Origin: a virus
Lineage: Duplodnaviria; Caudoviricetes
Virus record (IMG/VR): IMGVR_UViG_2882674194_000007
Location: 64,001-128,000 of that record
Strand: one strand, 5' to 3'
Length of the DNA stretch: 64,000 bases
A program made the position numbers and the translations under genes. The notes under the pieces are model-generated. The model did not search any database. It was not told where the DNA came from and saw nothing but the letters and a program-made list of their open reading frames with translations. Shown piece after piece: positions 1 through 10,527 of the stretch. Position 1 is the stretch's first letter; each line of letters opens with the position of its first letter.

Positions 1-176
1 ATGGCAGAAAACCTGTTGATAATGGTGAATTTAGTAATGAATTTGAAATGTTTAATAATTTACGTATAGAATTTGATTTCAAAGAAGCAGTTCAATCTTT
101 TGTATATTTGGAAAATTTTATGGATAGAGTAATTGAGTTTCTTATGGATAAAGATTTGGATTGCGAAGCCAATTAA
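1..176 (+). CDS. Hypothetical protein, 5'-truncated by window edge
   Basis: Open frame ending in TAA 174-176, which lies inside the first repeat site. Confidence 0.55.
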   Translation, partial: GRKPVDNGEFSNEFEMFNNLRIEFDFKEAVQSFVYLENFMDRVIEFLMDKDLDCEAN

Positions 177-208
177 ATCTAAGTTTTAAGTTATATGGAG
201 GATGCAGA

Positions 209-736
209 ATGAAATATTATTTGTTTAATTATGATGATGTGAGTATGATGTATCATGATCGCGTTGTCCCTAAAGAAGAGATTATATGTGAATTTGAATT
301 TAATGGATTTACTTATTTTTTAAGCGATAAAGAAATTATTAATGTGAGTGCTACTCAACGGAGAAAATGCATTGAACAATTTTCAAAATGGATAAGACAA
401 TTTAATTTGAATAGAAAATATATTTTAAGATATAGTGATATTTGGCTATATGAGAGAGATTGTTATGAATTATTATCAGATTATTTAACTTGGGAAGCGA
501 ATAAGAATGGGGAGACTTATGCTGAAGTTATTTGCAAATCGGATAATTTGAAGGAAACTATTAATGAAATAATAAAATCTTTAGCAAAAGAGCGATTAGA
601 TGTACAGAGTAGGGATTTAATTATTGAAATAGAAAAAGGAATGAATGAAGATAAACTTGATGTTGAAAAAATAAGGGAAGAGGTACAGGAAGTAACCCAA
701 AAAATTTATAATAAAACTTTTGAATGGATTGATTAG
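209..736 (+). CDS. Hypothetical phage protein
   Basis: GGAGG RBS before ATG 209; bounded by sites 173 and 741. Confidence 0.7.
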   Translation: MKYYLFNYDDVSMMYHDRVVPKEEIICEFEFNGFTYFLSDKEIINVSATQRRKCIEQFSKWIRQFNLNRKYILRYSDIWLYERDCYELLSDYLTWEANKNGETYAEVICKSDNLKETINEIIKSLAKERLDVQSRDLIIEIEKGMNEDKLDVEKIREEVQEVTQKIYNKTFEWID

Positions 737-774
737 GCAATAAAATTAGATATTTAAGGAAGGGATGAGGATAA

Positions 775-1119
775 ATGGATAAAGAACAATTTATCAAATG
801 GAGAGAAAATGGTGGGAAAATTTATAAATATGTATATGAGGTCGAAGCAGGAAAAGAAGATTTAAGAAAAAGCGAATGTGAAGTAGACGCAGTTTATGAA
901 GACGGGTTTAAAACGTTCGGCTTTGGATATCATATCCCATTTGATTGCTTTGAAAAATGGAGAATGCAACATTGGAGTTCAAATTCATATGAATATTTTA
1001 TCTTCTTGACTAATGAACAGAACATATATGATTATTTGGGAGAAATAAAAAAATGTATTGCTGAAGGACTTCAAAAAGAAATAAGGGATTTGCAAAAATC
1101 ATTGGCATTAGTTGTATAA
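775..1119 (+). CDS. Hypothetical phage protein
   Basis: ORF with GAGG RBS after site 741. Confidence 0.7.
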   Translation: MDKEQFIKWRENGGKIYKYVYEVEAGKEDLRKSECEVDAVYEDGFKTFGFGYHIPFDCFEKWRMQHWSSNSYEYFIFLTNEQNIYDYLGEIKKCIAEGLQKEIRDLQKSLALVV

Positions 1120-1162
1120 TCAGCACGACAATGTGATATTTAACTAAATACATTAAGGTAGT

Positions 1163-1197
1163 AAAGCATTTGGAATTAAAATCCAGATGCTTTTTAT
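1163..1197 (+). terminator. Intrinsic terminator-like hairpin
   Basis: AAAGCATTTGGA / TCCAGATGCTTT followed by a T run. Confidence 0.6.
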
Positions 1198-1232
1198 TAT
1201 ATAAAAAATTACATATTTAAGGAGGTTTTAGT

Positions 1233-2162
1233 ATGAGCGCAGTAGTAGCAATGAATGAGGAAACAAGGAGGATGGAACAATTTAATGACATAGTGGCAAA
1301 TATCAAGCCACTTATGACTGTTGGAAAAGGTAAGAATCAAAGAGTGATTACAGGTAGTGCTGTAGTTCCTTTGTCTCTATGCTTTGTGGACGCCAGATAT
1401 CAAGGGATGAGGACACATAAACATTTAAACAGATTGAGAAACAAATGGGATGAGAGGAAACTAACACCGATAATTCTTGTATGGCATCTGGAGGAACATA
1501 GATTTGCTATTGTGGATGGACAGGGAAGATTCATTATTGCAGGAGAAAAAGGAATAGATAGATTAAATGCAATTATTCTTATGGATGCTCCTGAAGATCC
1601 AGATGAACGTCTAAAATTTGAAGCTGAATACTTTATCGGACAGGATTCGGAAGTGGAAAATGTCAAACCACTTGAAAAGCATCTTTCAAGAGTGATTATT
1701 GGAGACAGTGCTGCCGTTTCTCTGGATAAACTTTTAAACAAATATGGAATCAAATTTGTGGCAACAAAGGGAAACAGAGAGGAATCTGTACTTGGAAGTT
1801 ATACAGATACATATTCAATTGTAATAGTCCATGGAGAAAAATGCCTGGACTTTATTTTTTCTATTATCGACAACGCTGGATGGAATAAGGAAACAAACGG
1901 ATATGCAACCTTTGTAATGAGAGCGTTGAGAGAAGTATGGATTGCTCATCCAAATGATAGGAAAGAAATACATAGGTTTTTATCAAAGGAATTGAGACAG
2001 ATTGATCCTGCCTTATTCAGTGCAGAAGCAAAATCGAAATATCCAAAACGTGATCATAGAGTGTCCTGTGTTCTCTATGTGGAAGATTTGGTATGTGATG
2101 GACTTGGAATAGAGAAGAAGATATATGTAGAGAACGGGAAGAAAGTTAAAATCTCAGAATGA
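1233..2162 (+). CDS. ParB/Srx-like N-terminal domain protein
   Basis: VDARYQ...IVDGQGR motifs of the ParB/sulfiredoxin fold. Confidence 0.7.
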   Translation: MSAVVAMNEETRRMEQFNDIVANIKPLMTVGKGKNQRVITGSAVVPLSLCFVDARYQGMRTHKHLNRLRNKWDERKLTPIILVWHLEEHRFAIVDGQGRFIIAGEKGIDRLNAIILMDAPEDPDERLKFEAEYFIGQDSEVENVKPLEKHLSRVIIGDSAAVSLDKLLNKYGIKFVATKGNREESVLGSYTDTYSIVIVHGEKCLDFIFSIIDNAGWNKETNGYATFVMRALREVWIAHPNDRKEIHRFLSKELRQIDPALFSAEAKSKYPKRDHRVSCVLYVEDLVCDGLGIEKKIYVENGKKVKISE

Positions 2163-2185
2163 TTTGATGAAATGGAGGAAATGTC

Positions 2186-3223
2186 ATGAAGATTATTAAA
2201 GGTGCGGATCGTGGAAGAACAGAGTGGACGGCACGGAAACTTGTTGAATTAGTGGAAGATGGAACAGTAAATTTCAACATTGATATTCAAAGGGGTTATG
2301 TGTGGAAAGATAATGACAAGAGATCTGCTTTGATTCGCTCTTTGATATTGGATAGACATGTTCCTCCTCTGTATTTCAATAAAGTAGAAGATGTTTACGA
2401 GGGAGAAGATGGCAAGCAGAGAACCTTAACTATCATCAAATTCTTAAAAGATGAATTTGAATTGAGCGGACTTGAGGAATTTACAGTAATAAATGATGAA
2501 GGGGAAACAGAAGAAATTGACATCAACGGGTACAAGTTTAGTGATCTTCCTGAATGTTTCCAGAACGCTATTAAGGAGTATTCATTCACAATTTGCTATA
2601 CGGACAATGCGGATCAGGAAGAACAGGCGGATACATTCTATAATCTGAATAATGGTCAGGCATTAAACGCTGCTACGATGAACCGTGTAAAGGCGAAATC
2701 AAAGGAACAGATTATCAATCTTGGGAAGCATAAGCTGTTTGCTGATGCTTTAAGTCAGACAGCTTTAGATGGACATGTGAATGAAGATATGGTGGCCAAA
2801 GCACATGCAATTCTTAATGATAAGGAAGTTTCTACGGATGCCAAGTGGATTCGTCCATATATGAGAAAGGCAGATATTACAAAAGATGATGAACTTCTTT
2901 TAACAGAAGTATTTGATCGTATTTACAATATTCATACCATGATAGAGGATAAGAAAATTGCAAAAAGGATTTATGCCAGAACACATATGATTAGTATTGT
3001 GCCGATTGTTGCAGAGTCGCTTAATGAAGGATATTCAGACAAACAGATGATGGAGTGGTTTGTAAATTTCTTTAGTGGAAAGAAATCTGCCACAACTTCT
3101 AAGGCGTATAATGATGCTGCTGGACGTGGAACAGGGAAGAATTCTGCTGTTATGAAGAGGGTGGAGGAAATTAAGAAGGATTATGATAAATATTTTGGAA
3201 GTGTAAAGACTTTAGCAAGTTAA
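2186..3223 (+). CDS. DUF262 (GmrS-like, ParB-fold) protein
   Basis: IQRGYVW, DGKQR and LNNG motifs. Confidence 0.8.
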   Translation: MKIIKGADRGRTEWTARKLVELVEDGTVNFNIDIQRGYVWKDNDKRSALIRSLILDRHVPPLYFNKVEDVYEGEDGKQRTLTIIKFLKDEFELSGLEEFTVINDEGETEEIDINGYKFSDLPECFQNAIKEYSFTICYTDNADQEEQADTFYNLNNGQALNAATMNRVKAKSKEQIINLGKHKLFADALSQTALDGHVNEDMVAKAHAILNDKEVSTDAKWIRPYMRKADITKDDELLLTEVFDRIYNIHTMIEDKKIAKRIYARTHMISIVPIVAESLNEGYSDKQMMEWFVNFFSGKKSATTSKAYNDAAGRGTGKNSAVMKRVEEIKKDYDKYFGSVKTLAS

Positions 3224-3318
3224 TTTGTATATTCCACGCTGTATATGTGTTGGATCGTGCTCTATACTTCTTCACGAAAAAGAGAAGTAGTTTATATAAA
3301 ATGATTGGAGGAAATAAA

Positions 3319-3636
3319 ATGAAACAGAAAAAGAAACAATATGTAATTAAAGAAGCATATACGGATAATTACCATGTTTTACAGTATATTGATGGAAAAT
3401 TGGAAGGACATAATATTGTATCCTATTATGAATTAGATGGATATATTGCCGCTTTGAAAAATATGGGGTATATTCGGGCATATTACGAAAGAGAATATCA
3501 TGTAAAAATGCTGAGAGCGAAGGAAGATTATGAGTTTGCTCTTGCAGATTATGAAAAGGCAAAAGAAAGTCCGTTGAACCTATCAGATGAAGAAATTGAG
3601 AGATATAGGCGAATTACACATAGTGATGATGAGTAA
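3319..3636 (+). CDS. Hypothetical protein
   Basis: GGAGG RBS before ATG 3319; followed by site 3645. Confidence 0.6.
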   Translation: MKQKKKQYVIKEAYTDNYHVLQYIDGKLEGHNIVSYYELDGYIAALKNMGYIRAYYEREYHVKMLRAKEDYEFALADYEKAKESPLNLSDEEIERYRRITHSDDE

Positions 3637-3676
3637 TGTGTACTTGAAATCATCGTTTCAACTTGTGATACATAGT

Positions 3677-3728
3677 TGCACAGAATATTGTACAAAATAT
3701 TGACAAAACTATGAATATGACATATACT
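3677..3728 (+). promoter_or_regulatory. yefM-yoeB sigma-A promoter with YefM-type operator hexamers
   Basis: TTGACA(3700)-17-TATACT(3723); TGCACA 3677 and TGTACA 3689, 12 bp apart. Confidence 0.7.
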
Positions 3729-3750
3729 ATATTCAAAGGAGAGTGATTGT

Positions 3751-4002
3751 ATGATAGCAACAAATTTTTCAAATGTAAGGAATAACTTCAAAGAAGTTTG
3801 CGATCGGGTTGTACATGATTCTGATATCGCAATAATTACGAGAAAAAACGATGAAAATGTTGTGCTTATGTCTCAGGCACAGTATGATAATCTGATGGAA
3901 AATCTTCATATAAGGGAAAGTAAAGCGAATTATGAGTGGTTGAAAGAGTCTATCAAGCAAGCTGAAGATGGAAAACTTGTAAATTTTGATGTGGAGGATT
4001 AG
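3751..4002 (+). CDS. yefM: YefM/Phd antitoxin
   Basis: NFSNVRNNFK...IITRKNDENVVLMS...NLME; directly upstream of YoeB. Confidence 0.92.
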   Translation: MIATNFSNVRNNFKEVCDRVVHDSDIAIITRKNDENVVLMSQAQYDNLMENLHIRESKANYEWLKESIKQAEDGKLVNFDVED

Positions 4003-4005
4003 TCT

Positions 4006-4260
4006 ATGAATGTATCTTTCACGGAAAATGCTTGGGATGATTATCTTTATTGGCAGAAGATGGACAAGAAAATTGTAAAAAGAATAAATGAATTGATTAA
4101 AGATATAAAGAGAAATCCATTTGATGGACTTGGAAAGCCAGAACCGCTAAAATATGATTTAGCTGGAAAGTGGAGTAGAAGAATAACGGATGAACATAGA
4201 TTAGTTTATCAGGTGGAAGGAAACAATTTAATAGTGTATACTTGCAGATATCATTATTGA
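4006..4260 (+). CDS. yoeB: Txe/YoeB family toxin
   Basis: AWDDYLYW...GKPEPLK...WSRRITDEHRLVY...CRYHY. Confidence 0.95.
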   Translation: MNVSFTENAWDDYLYWQKMDKKIVKRINELIKDIKRNPFDGLGKPEPLKYDLAGKWSRRITDEHRLVYQVEGNNLIVYTCRYHY

Positions 4261-4276
4261 TAATTTAGAGTGGTCT

Positions 4277-4310
4277 GAGAAGCATTGACGGGAATCGTTA
4301 GTGCTTTTCT
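4277..4310 (+). terminator. Terminator after yoeB
   Basis: AGAAGCATTGACG / CGTTAGTGCTTTT hairpin plus T run. Confidence 0.65.
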
Positions 4311-4366
4311 GTTTTAAATGTAGAAATAATATGTAGAAGAAAAATTTGAAAGAAGGGATTTAAAAT

Positions 4367-5227
4367 ATGGGAAATAAAACAAAACAAACAGGTAAGACAG
4401 AGGTATATCCATTTTGGTATATGAAAGATATCAAAAATATGATGGATTATTTTAAAATGAAAGGGCAGTGGCACTGGTATTTAGTGTTTAATTTTGGCTT
4501 GCTTCTTGGAAGACGTATAAGCGATACACTTTATTTAAAATGGTCTGATTTTTATTATGAGAATGGAAGAATGAAGGATGAAACAGATATTGTTGAATGG
4601 AAAACAGGAAAGACTGTTAGATTGTATATTTGTCCAGCTTGTCAAGAAGCATTGAAATTATATATTGATAAAACCGGCACAGACCCGATGGATAATTATA
4701 ACGATTTTGTTTATGGAACTGCTCAAATGTCACAGTTGTTAGAAAATAAAGAAGAGTATCCTGAAGAAAATTGGAAGGAACTAATGATGAAAGCAATACA
4801 AAGTCATGCTGCAGCATTTAGAAAACAGTTTAAGTTAGCGGCAGATGCCTGTAATATACAATATGCGACTTCGACTCATAGTCTTAGGAAAAATTTTGGA
4901 TACTGGTCAGTTAAACTTCATCCATATGATGTGACAACTGTAGACAAATTGCAAGGGATATTTTCACATTCTGATCGCAATACAACTCTTCACTATATCG
5001 GAATTTCAAGAGAAGATGAAAAGAAATTATATTGTGATATGGGAGATTTTATTACTGATATTTCTAATGGGAAGAAACCGATAATCAAGAATAGCCCTGT
5101 AATCCCTTTAAAGGCAGAGGATTTCAGAGAAATTCTTAGTAAGTGTTGGGATATGGCGCAGAATGGAGAAGATAAGTTTGACGGGATTAATAATCTGATT
5201 GGTATGGCAGAAAAATGTATGGTATAA
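4367..5227 (+). CDS. Tyrosine recombinase (catalytic-domain-only type with C-terminal extension)
   Basis: LGRRISD (R), KTGK (K), HSLRK (HxxR), HS...TLHYIG (H, Y nucleophile). Confidence 0.9.
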   Translation: MGNKTKQTGKTEVYPFWYMKDIKNMMDYFKMKGQWHWYLVFNFGLLLGRRISDTLYLKWSDFYYENGRMKDETDIVEWKTGKTVRLYICPACQEALKLYIDKTGTDPMDNYNDFVYGTAQMSQLLENKEEYPEENWKELMMKAIQSHAAAFRKQFKLAADACNIQYATSTHSLRKNFGYWSVKLHPYDVTTVDKLQGIFSHSDRNTTLHYIGISREDEKKLYCDMGDFITDISNGKKPIIKNSPVIPLKAEDFREILSKCWDMAQNGEDKFDGINNLIGMAEKCMV

Positions 5228-5246
5228 TGTTGGAGGATAATTTGAC

Positions 5247-5810
5247 TTGTTAAGAGCAATAGAATTTACGGATAAACGTTTTAAAAAGGAAGAGGATTAT
5301 AATTTATTTAGTCCAATATCAAACAATTGTATTATTTTATGCAATAACTATAAATTGATGGATTCTCTTGCAAAAGAAATATTAGATACAGTCAATGGGA
5401 ATGCAGAGTATAATGTTTATGATTGTGATGATAAGGATATTGGAAATGCAAAAATGTGGTTGTCTTTCGGATTACAGAGAGTGATTGATATAAATGGTCA
5501 GAGAATTACATTATCGCTGGAACCGGCAATCATATATAAAGCTAATGATATAGAAGATATATGGTTGTTTTGCTATAGCGGAACAGATGAAATTGAAACA
5601 TTACCACCATATCAAGAATATATTTATCCTGTGTGCATCTTTAAAGGAAGTCGGAAGGTATGGGAAGATGGTAAAGATGAAGTTTATAAGATGATTTGTA
5701 ATGGAAGATATGGAACATATGATGGTAAATGGATTGATTTACATGGTGATCATTGGGAAGATGAAACTCATAATTGTATATCAAAAGTAAATATGCAATT
5801 AAATGATTGA
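5247..5810 (+). CDS. Hypothetical protein
   Basis: GGAGG RBS; stop codon lies in the spacer of site 5800. Confidence 0.65.
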   Translation: MLRAIEFTDKRFKKEEDYNLFSPISNNCIILCNNYKLMDSLAKEILDTVNGNAEYNVYDCDDKDIGNAKMWLSFGLQRVIDINGQRITLSLEPAIIYKANDIEDIWLFCYSGTDEIETLPPYQEYIYPVCIFKGSRKVWEDGKDEVYKMICNGRYGTYDGKWIDLHGDHWEDETHNCISKVNMQLND

Positions 5811-5828
5811 TTTTATTAGAACGGAGGA

Positions 5829-6356
5829 TTGAATATGAAATTTACAGATATACCTCAATTACTTACAAATAAGGCAAACTATAAAGTTGATGTTGGATTT
5901 AAATATTTTAGCAAAACAATAAATCAGTATATAGAAGAATATGGTCTGATTTTGAATCCAGAATTCCAACGTGGACATGTATGGACAGAAGAACAACAGG
6001 AGAAGTACATAGAATATGTTTTAAAGGGTGGTACTTCTGGTAAGGAAATATTTTTCAATAAACCAAGCTGGCATTGTAAGGCAAAGACAGAATATGATGA
6101 TTTTGTCTGTGTTGATGGATTGCAGAGAATTACAGCAATTATGAAGTTTCAATCGAATGATTTGAAGGTATTTGGGATATATTATGATGAATTTGAAGGA
6201 GATCCAAGAGAAGTTACGACAAGAATATCGATACGGATTAATGATTTACAGTATGAGAAGGATGTGCTGCAATGGTATATTGAAATGAATGAGGGTGGTA
6301 CTCCGCATACAAAAGAAGAAATACAGAAGGTTAAAGATATGGTTTCTAAATTGTAA
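5829..6356 (+). CDS. Short DUF262 domain protein
   Basis: NPEFQRGHVW, VDGLQR, MNEGGTPH. Confidence 0.8.
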   Translation: MNMKFTDIPQLLTNKANYKVDVGFKYFSKTINQYIEEYGLILNPEFQRGHVWTEEQQEKYIEYVLKGGTSGKEIFFNKPSWHCKAKTEYDDFVCVDGLQRITAIMKFQSNDLKVFGIYYDEFEGDPREVTTRISIRINDLQYEKDVLQWYIEMNEGGTPHTKEEIQKVKDMVSKL

Positions 6357-7061
6357 TTGATTGTGTCAAAGAAGGAGAGAAAATTTATGGCAAATTTATT
6401 TGAAAACAAGGATAAACATGATAGTTATGGTATGTTACAGTTTAGTAGGTCTTCTGGTGGAGCAAAATCATTATTTGGAAGCTCCATTCAACATAGAGAT
6501 ACTATAACGATGTATTTAAGAGAAGGAGAAGTTTCCAGAGAACTTAATAGAGATTTTTATTTTGGTGGAGATAGGATTATTGAGTGCGAAATGAGTTATT
6601 CACAATTCGCAGAAGCAATTACATCTATGAATATGGGAACTGGCGTACCTGTTACAATCAAATATATTAAGGGTAAGGGACATATTGAAGAATGTCCATT
6701 TATTGATAAGAAAAAACAATATGAAGAAGAGTTTAAAAATATTCTTGACGAAACAAATAAACAGGCAAATGATTTATTAGAGTCAGTGAGGCAGATGTTT
6801 GAAGAGAAAAAGTCTTTTACTAAGAAGAATAAGGAAGAAATTTTAGAAAAATTAAATCATCTTAGTATGGAGATGAACGGAAACAGAGAGTTTATTTATA
6901 AGCAATTTAATGAGCAAATGGATAAGACAACGTTGGAAGCAAAAGGAGAGATTGAGGCATTTATGCAAAATAAAATCAATTCTGTTGCAAACGCAGCTTT
7001 AGTAGAACATCGAGATGATATTCTAAAGTTGGAAAACCCTGTTGATATAAAAACAGAATAA
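6357..7061 (+). CDS. Hypothetical phage protein (coiled-coil C-terminus; likely start ATG 6387)
   Basis: Long ORF with AAGGAG RBS. Confidence 0.65.
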   Translation: MIVSKKERKFMANLFENKDKHDSYGMLQFSRSSGGAKSLFGSSIQHRDTITMYLREGEVSRELNRDFYFGGDRIIECEMSYSQFAEAITSMNMGTGVPVTIKYIKGKGHIEECPFIDKKKQYEEEFKNILDETNKQANDLLESVRQMFEEKKSFTKKNKEEILEKLNHLSMEMNGNREFIYKQFNEQMDKTTLEAKGEIEAFMQNKINSVANAALVEHRDDILKLENPVDIKTE

Positions 7062-7073
7062 ACAGTTGAATAC

Positions 7074-7544
7074 TTGATTTTATTGGAGGTTTTAATGGAA
7101 GATAATTATACTGGCGATATGATTCTGATAGATAGATTATCAGAATTTTATCCTGTTAATAGTTGGTCATGGAATGAAGGCGAGGTTGTAGAACTTGATG
7201 ACATTGCTTGTGCAATTCATGAAGGACATCCAGAGGAATCAGAGCCGTTTGGTGATACATGGAAACATCCTTGTATGGAGAATAAATCTACTGAGTGGCA
7301 TATAGGAAGGATTTTATATTTTATAAAACATCCAGAGGAAATTAGAGATATAGAGGTTGATAATCTATACAGTGGAGATTATATTTTCCCTGTACCTTCA
7401 ATCATTGATGGAAACCATAGATTCATGGCAGCTATGTGGTTACAGGATCAAGGAAAGATGGGAAAAGTTCATTGTAGATATGGTGGTAGAATGGATTTGT
7501 TGGATTATCTGGTTGGGAAAACGGATGTGTGTCCCGATGAATAA
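7074..7544 (+). CDS. ParB/Srx-like domain protein (likely start ATG 7095)
   Basis: IIDGNHRFMAA motif. Confidence 0.65.
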   Translation: MILLEVLMEDNYTGDMILIDRLSEFYPVNSWSWNEGEVVELDDIACAIHEGHPEESEPFGDTWKHPCMENKSTEWHIGRILYFIKHPEEIRDIEVDNLYSGDYIFPVPSIIDGNHRFMAAMWLQDQGKMGKVHCRYGGRMDLLDYLVGKTDVCPDE

Positions 7545-7561
7545 ATAGGTAAGGTGATGAT

Positions 7562-7993
7562 ATGGGAAAATATTTGGATCAATGTTGTGATGACGCATGG
7601 GATGTTATTCGAGGAAGAAAGAAAATTATTGGGAATAAGATTGTAAGTATCAAAGATACAGAAGAAATTGGGAATAAAGACAAAGAAGTATATGGTTGGT
7701 TAGCTCCTGATGGTACATTTTATCCTGTGGAATTTGGAAATCATCAAGCATGGGCATCTGAATATCTCTTGAAGTTGTATCATGATGGAGAAATATCTGA
7801 TGAACAAGCTAGACCTAAAGATAACGGAGATGTAGGTGATTTATTGACTGATATGGGTTGGATTTTGATTCATAATCCGCATGGTTATGATTTTAAGATT
7901 ACACGAAACCTATCAAAGAGAGTCACGAATAAACAGAAAGATTATTTGCGTAGTATTGGGAAGATTGATTTATTAGAGAAGGAATTTGTATAG
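7562..7993 (+). CDS. Hypothetical protein
   Basis: ORF with RBS; GWLAPDG...H motif. Confidence 0.6.
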   Translation: MGKYLDQCCDDAWDVIRGRKKIIGNKIVSIKDTEEIGNKDKEVYGWLAPDGTFYPVEFGNHQAWASEYLLKLYHDGEISDEQARPKDNGDVGDLLTDMGWILIHNPHGYDFKITRNLSKRVTNKQKDYLRSIGKIDLLEKEFV

Positions 7994-8298
7994 TAGGCAA
8001 TAAATGTCTGATTTCAAGGAAGAATTGAGGTAAAATATATGAACTTAGTTGGAAAAGATGTTGCAATAATGCGTTTATGCATGGTAGGTAATACACCAAC
8101 AAAAGTAGATGAAGAATATATTGGAACAGCACTAAGAAAAGTGGTTAAAATTGTTCATGAATTTGATGATGGATTATTTTTGACTGATTTCTTTATGCCA
8201 GAACATATTGATAAGAAAAATGACTATTGTCATTATGGCTTTTTGGTGTTGGATCGACATAATTTTGAAACAATTAATTCTTAGAGAAGGTGGATAAT

Positions 8299-8516
8299 AT
8301 GATTGAAATAAAAAGAAAAGCGAACTTAAAGGTGCAGAAAAGTATGGTGATTGTAATAGCTGCTCAAAAAGGAGTGGTGAAACGGATCTGTACCAGATAG
8401 AATTTCATTATGATGATTCTACAAAAAATCATACTGTCAATTTGTGCTTTAATTGTATGTGTGAATTAGGGAATATGATTTATGATATATATCAATCTGA
8501 AACGGAGAAAATATAA
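8299..8516 (+). pseudogene. Frameshifted CxxC...CxxC zinc-finger protein
   Basis: The ATG 8299 frame shifts within the A-rich run at ~8310-8320 into a frame encoding CNSC...NLCFNCM, similar to ORF 10097..10477. Confidence 0.5.
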
Positions 8517-9691
8517 AAATATTTTGGAGGAAACGAATATGAAAAGGACAATAGAAGAATGTTTACAACGATGTGAAACAAAAGACTTTGATGAAACGAT
8601 GGTATCAGTTTGTGAATTGAGACGGGCTGTCGAGTGTATAAAAAAGTTGGACGTAATAAAGGAAAAAATAATTGAAATGATGGAAGATTTAGAAAATACC
8701 ACAAAAGAAAGACACATGAATGATTTAGAGTATGGAAGATATTCTGCTATGAGTGATGTTTTGAACTTGATTGATTAGGCAAGGAAATTCGATTTTCATT
8801 GGGGAGGGAATGAAATGTTATACGGTGTATATGTAAAAAGTGGTGACGAAAACAGTAAGCCACAAATGAGGATGCGATCTTCAAGTGATGCAAATTTCCT
8901 TTTTCGTAAGGGATGTGAAGCAGTATTTTTAAGTGAGATAGATGCTTTTGGATATGGTTTTGAACAATCTAAAATGAGAAAAATAGATTTTGATAGAAAT
9001 ATTATTGATATAGATGAGGATTAATATATGGACATGAATTATAAACCTAAATTTTATGATTGTATATTAGATGGAATAAGGAAAGAGGGTAGTAAGAATT
9101 TATTTCATCTGACAGAAAAAGAAACAGAAGGAAGAAATCAAATGCAGATTGAGGTGGATCAGCCTTCAGAATTGATTTTAGAAAGAATGAAGGAATGCAT
9201 TCTTGGGAAAAGAAAAATACTATATTTAACCAATGGAATGAGAGATATTAATGTATCTTATCTTGGAGATAATAAATGGCAGTTATTTGATGAGTTTGAT
9301 ATTTTTGAGTTTGAGATGTCGGTATAAGAGAAGTTAATGTTTTTTCGGAGGCAATTGTTGAAATGATTACTTGGAAATGTTTATATAAATTAGATGGTGA
9401 AGAACTGAGAGGAATAGTAAATGACATAAAAAATGGTGAAAGTTATACTGTTTCTGGATGGGAAGATACATATCCAACAGATAATGATATTTTGAAGTAT
9501 GCTGCCAGATGTGGTGTGAGGTGATTAGTGTGGGACAAGATAGAAAAATGAATAATCCTTCTTGGTGTTGTGAAAAGATAGAAGAATTACTACAAGAATA
9601 TAAAAATAAGCAAGAAGATTCTCATGATCCGGCAGAATATGAGACATATAAAGAAGTTATTGAAGATATAGAGAAGATTTTATATGAATGA

Positions 9692-10087
9692 TTGGAGAAT
9701 GTGAGTATGGAGAAGAAATTTAAACATGGTGATAGAGTTTATCATAAAAATTTAAAGCAGTATGGATTCTTTATCGGATATGCGTGGGAGTCCGAAGAAG
9801 AATGTGATGTGGACTTTGAAACAGAAGATGGAGAAATGGAACAGAAGCATGTCAGTGTGAAGTGGCTGGAACCAGCACAGAAAACATATAACAAGAAAGT
9901 CATGGAAGCTCTTAGGCAACGTAGAGGATTAGAACCTGGAGACGCGTCCAAGGATACAGATATTATGAGTATGACAAAACAGGATGCATTCAATGAATAT
10001 TGCCAGTGGGAAGGACTGATTGGTGGATACGGATACTCATTACTAAATGTTGTGGAAAATATTTATGGTATAAATTTGCAACAGTAA
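9692..10087 (+). CDS. Hypothetical protein
   Basis: ORF with RBS. Confidence 0.6.
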   Translation: MENVSMEKKFKHGDRVYHKNLKQYGFFIGYAWESEEECDVDFETEDGEMEQKHVSVKWLEPAQKTYNKKVMEALRQRRGLEPGDASKDTDIMSMTKQDAFNEYCQWEGLIGGYGYSLLNVVENIYGINLQQ

Positions 10088-10096
10088 ATTTTTAGA

Positions 10097-10477
10097 TTGG
10101 AGGATATCATGCTTGATGTTGAGTTAGATAATGGTAAATATACTTCGTGTTTAAATTGTAACGAGAAGCAAGATGAATATAGAAAAATATATTCAATTAC
10201 TATAGGAAATTTGAATCCATTAAAAATAAATTTATGTACTGAATGCATGGGCGTGTTGGTTTCTAAAATGACATATGCGTTTAATATGGAATTTCCAAAT
10301 AATGATAAGACAGATTACGATACTGAATTGGAAATTGAAAGTAAATTAAGAATTTTACTTAATAAGAAAATTTCTGGAACTTGGAATGAAGATTGTCAAA
10401 AGGAATTAGATTCTCTTAACGAAGAAAAAATGTGCAATTCTCATAGATTGCTTTATAGAGATGTTTGTAATTGGTAA
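10097..10477 (+). CDS. CxxC...CxxC zinc-binding hypothetical protein
   Basis: SCLNC...NLCTEC. Confidence 0.55.
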   Translation: MEDIMLDVELDNGKYTSCLNCNEKQDEYRKIYSITIGNLNPLKINLCTECMGVLVSKMTYAFNMEFPNNDKTDYDTELEIESKLRILLNKKISGTWNEDCQKELDSLNEEKMCNSHRLLYRDVCNW

Positions 10478-10527
10478 ATGATAGTCTTGAAATCCGGTTT
10501 TCATAGCATGAATGGAGGAATAGGTAA

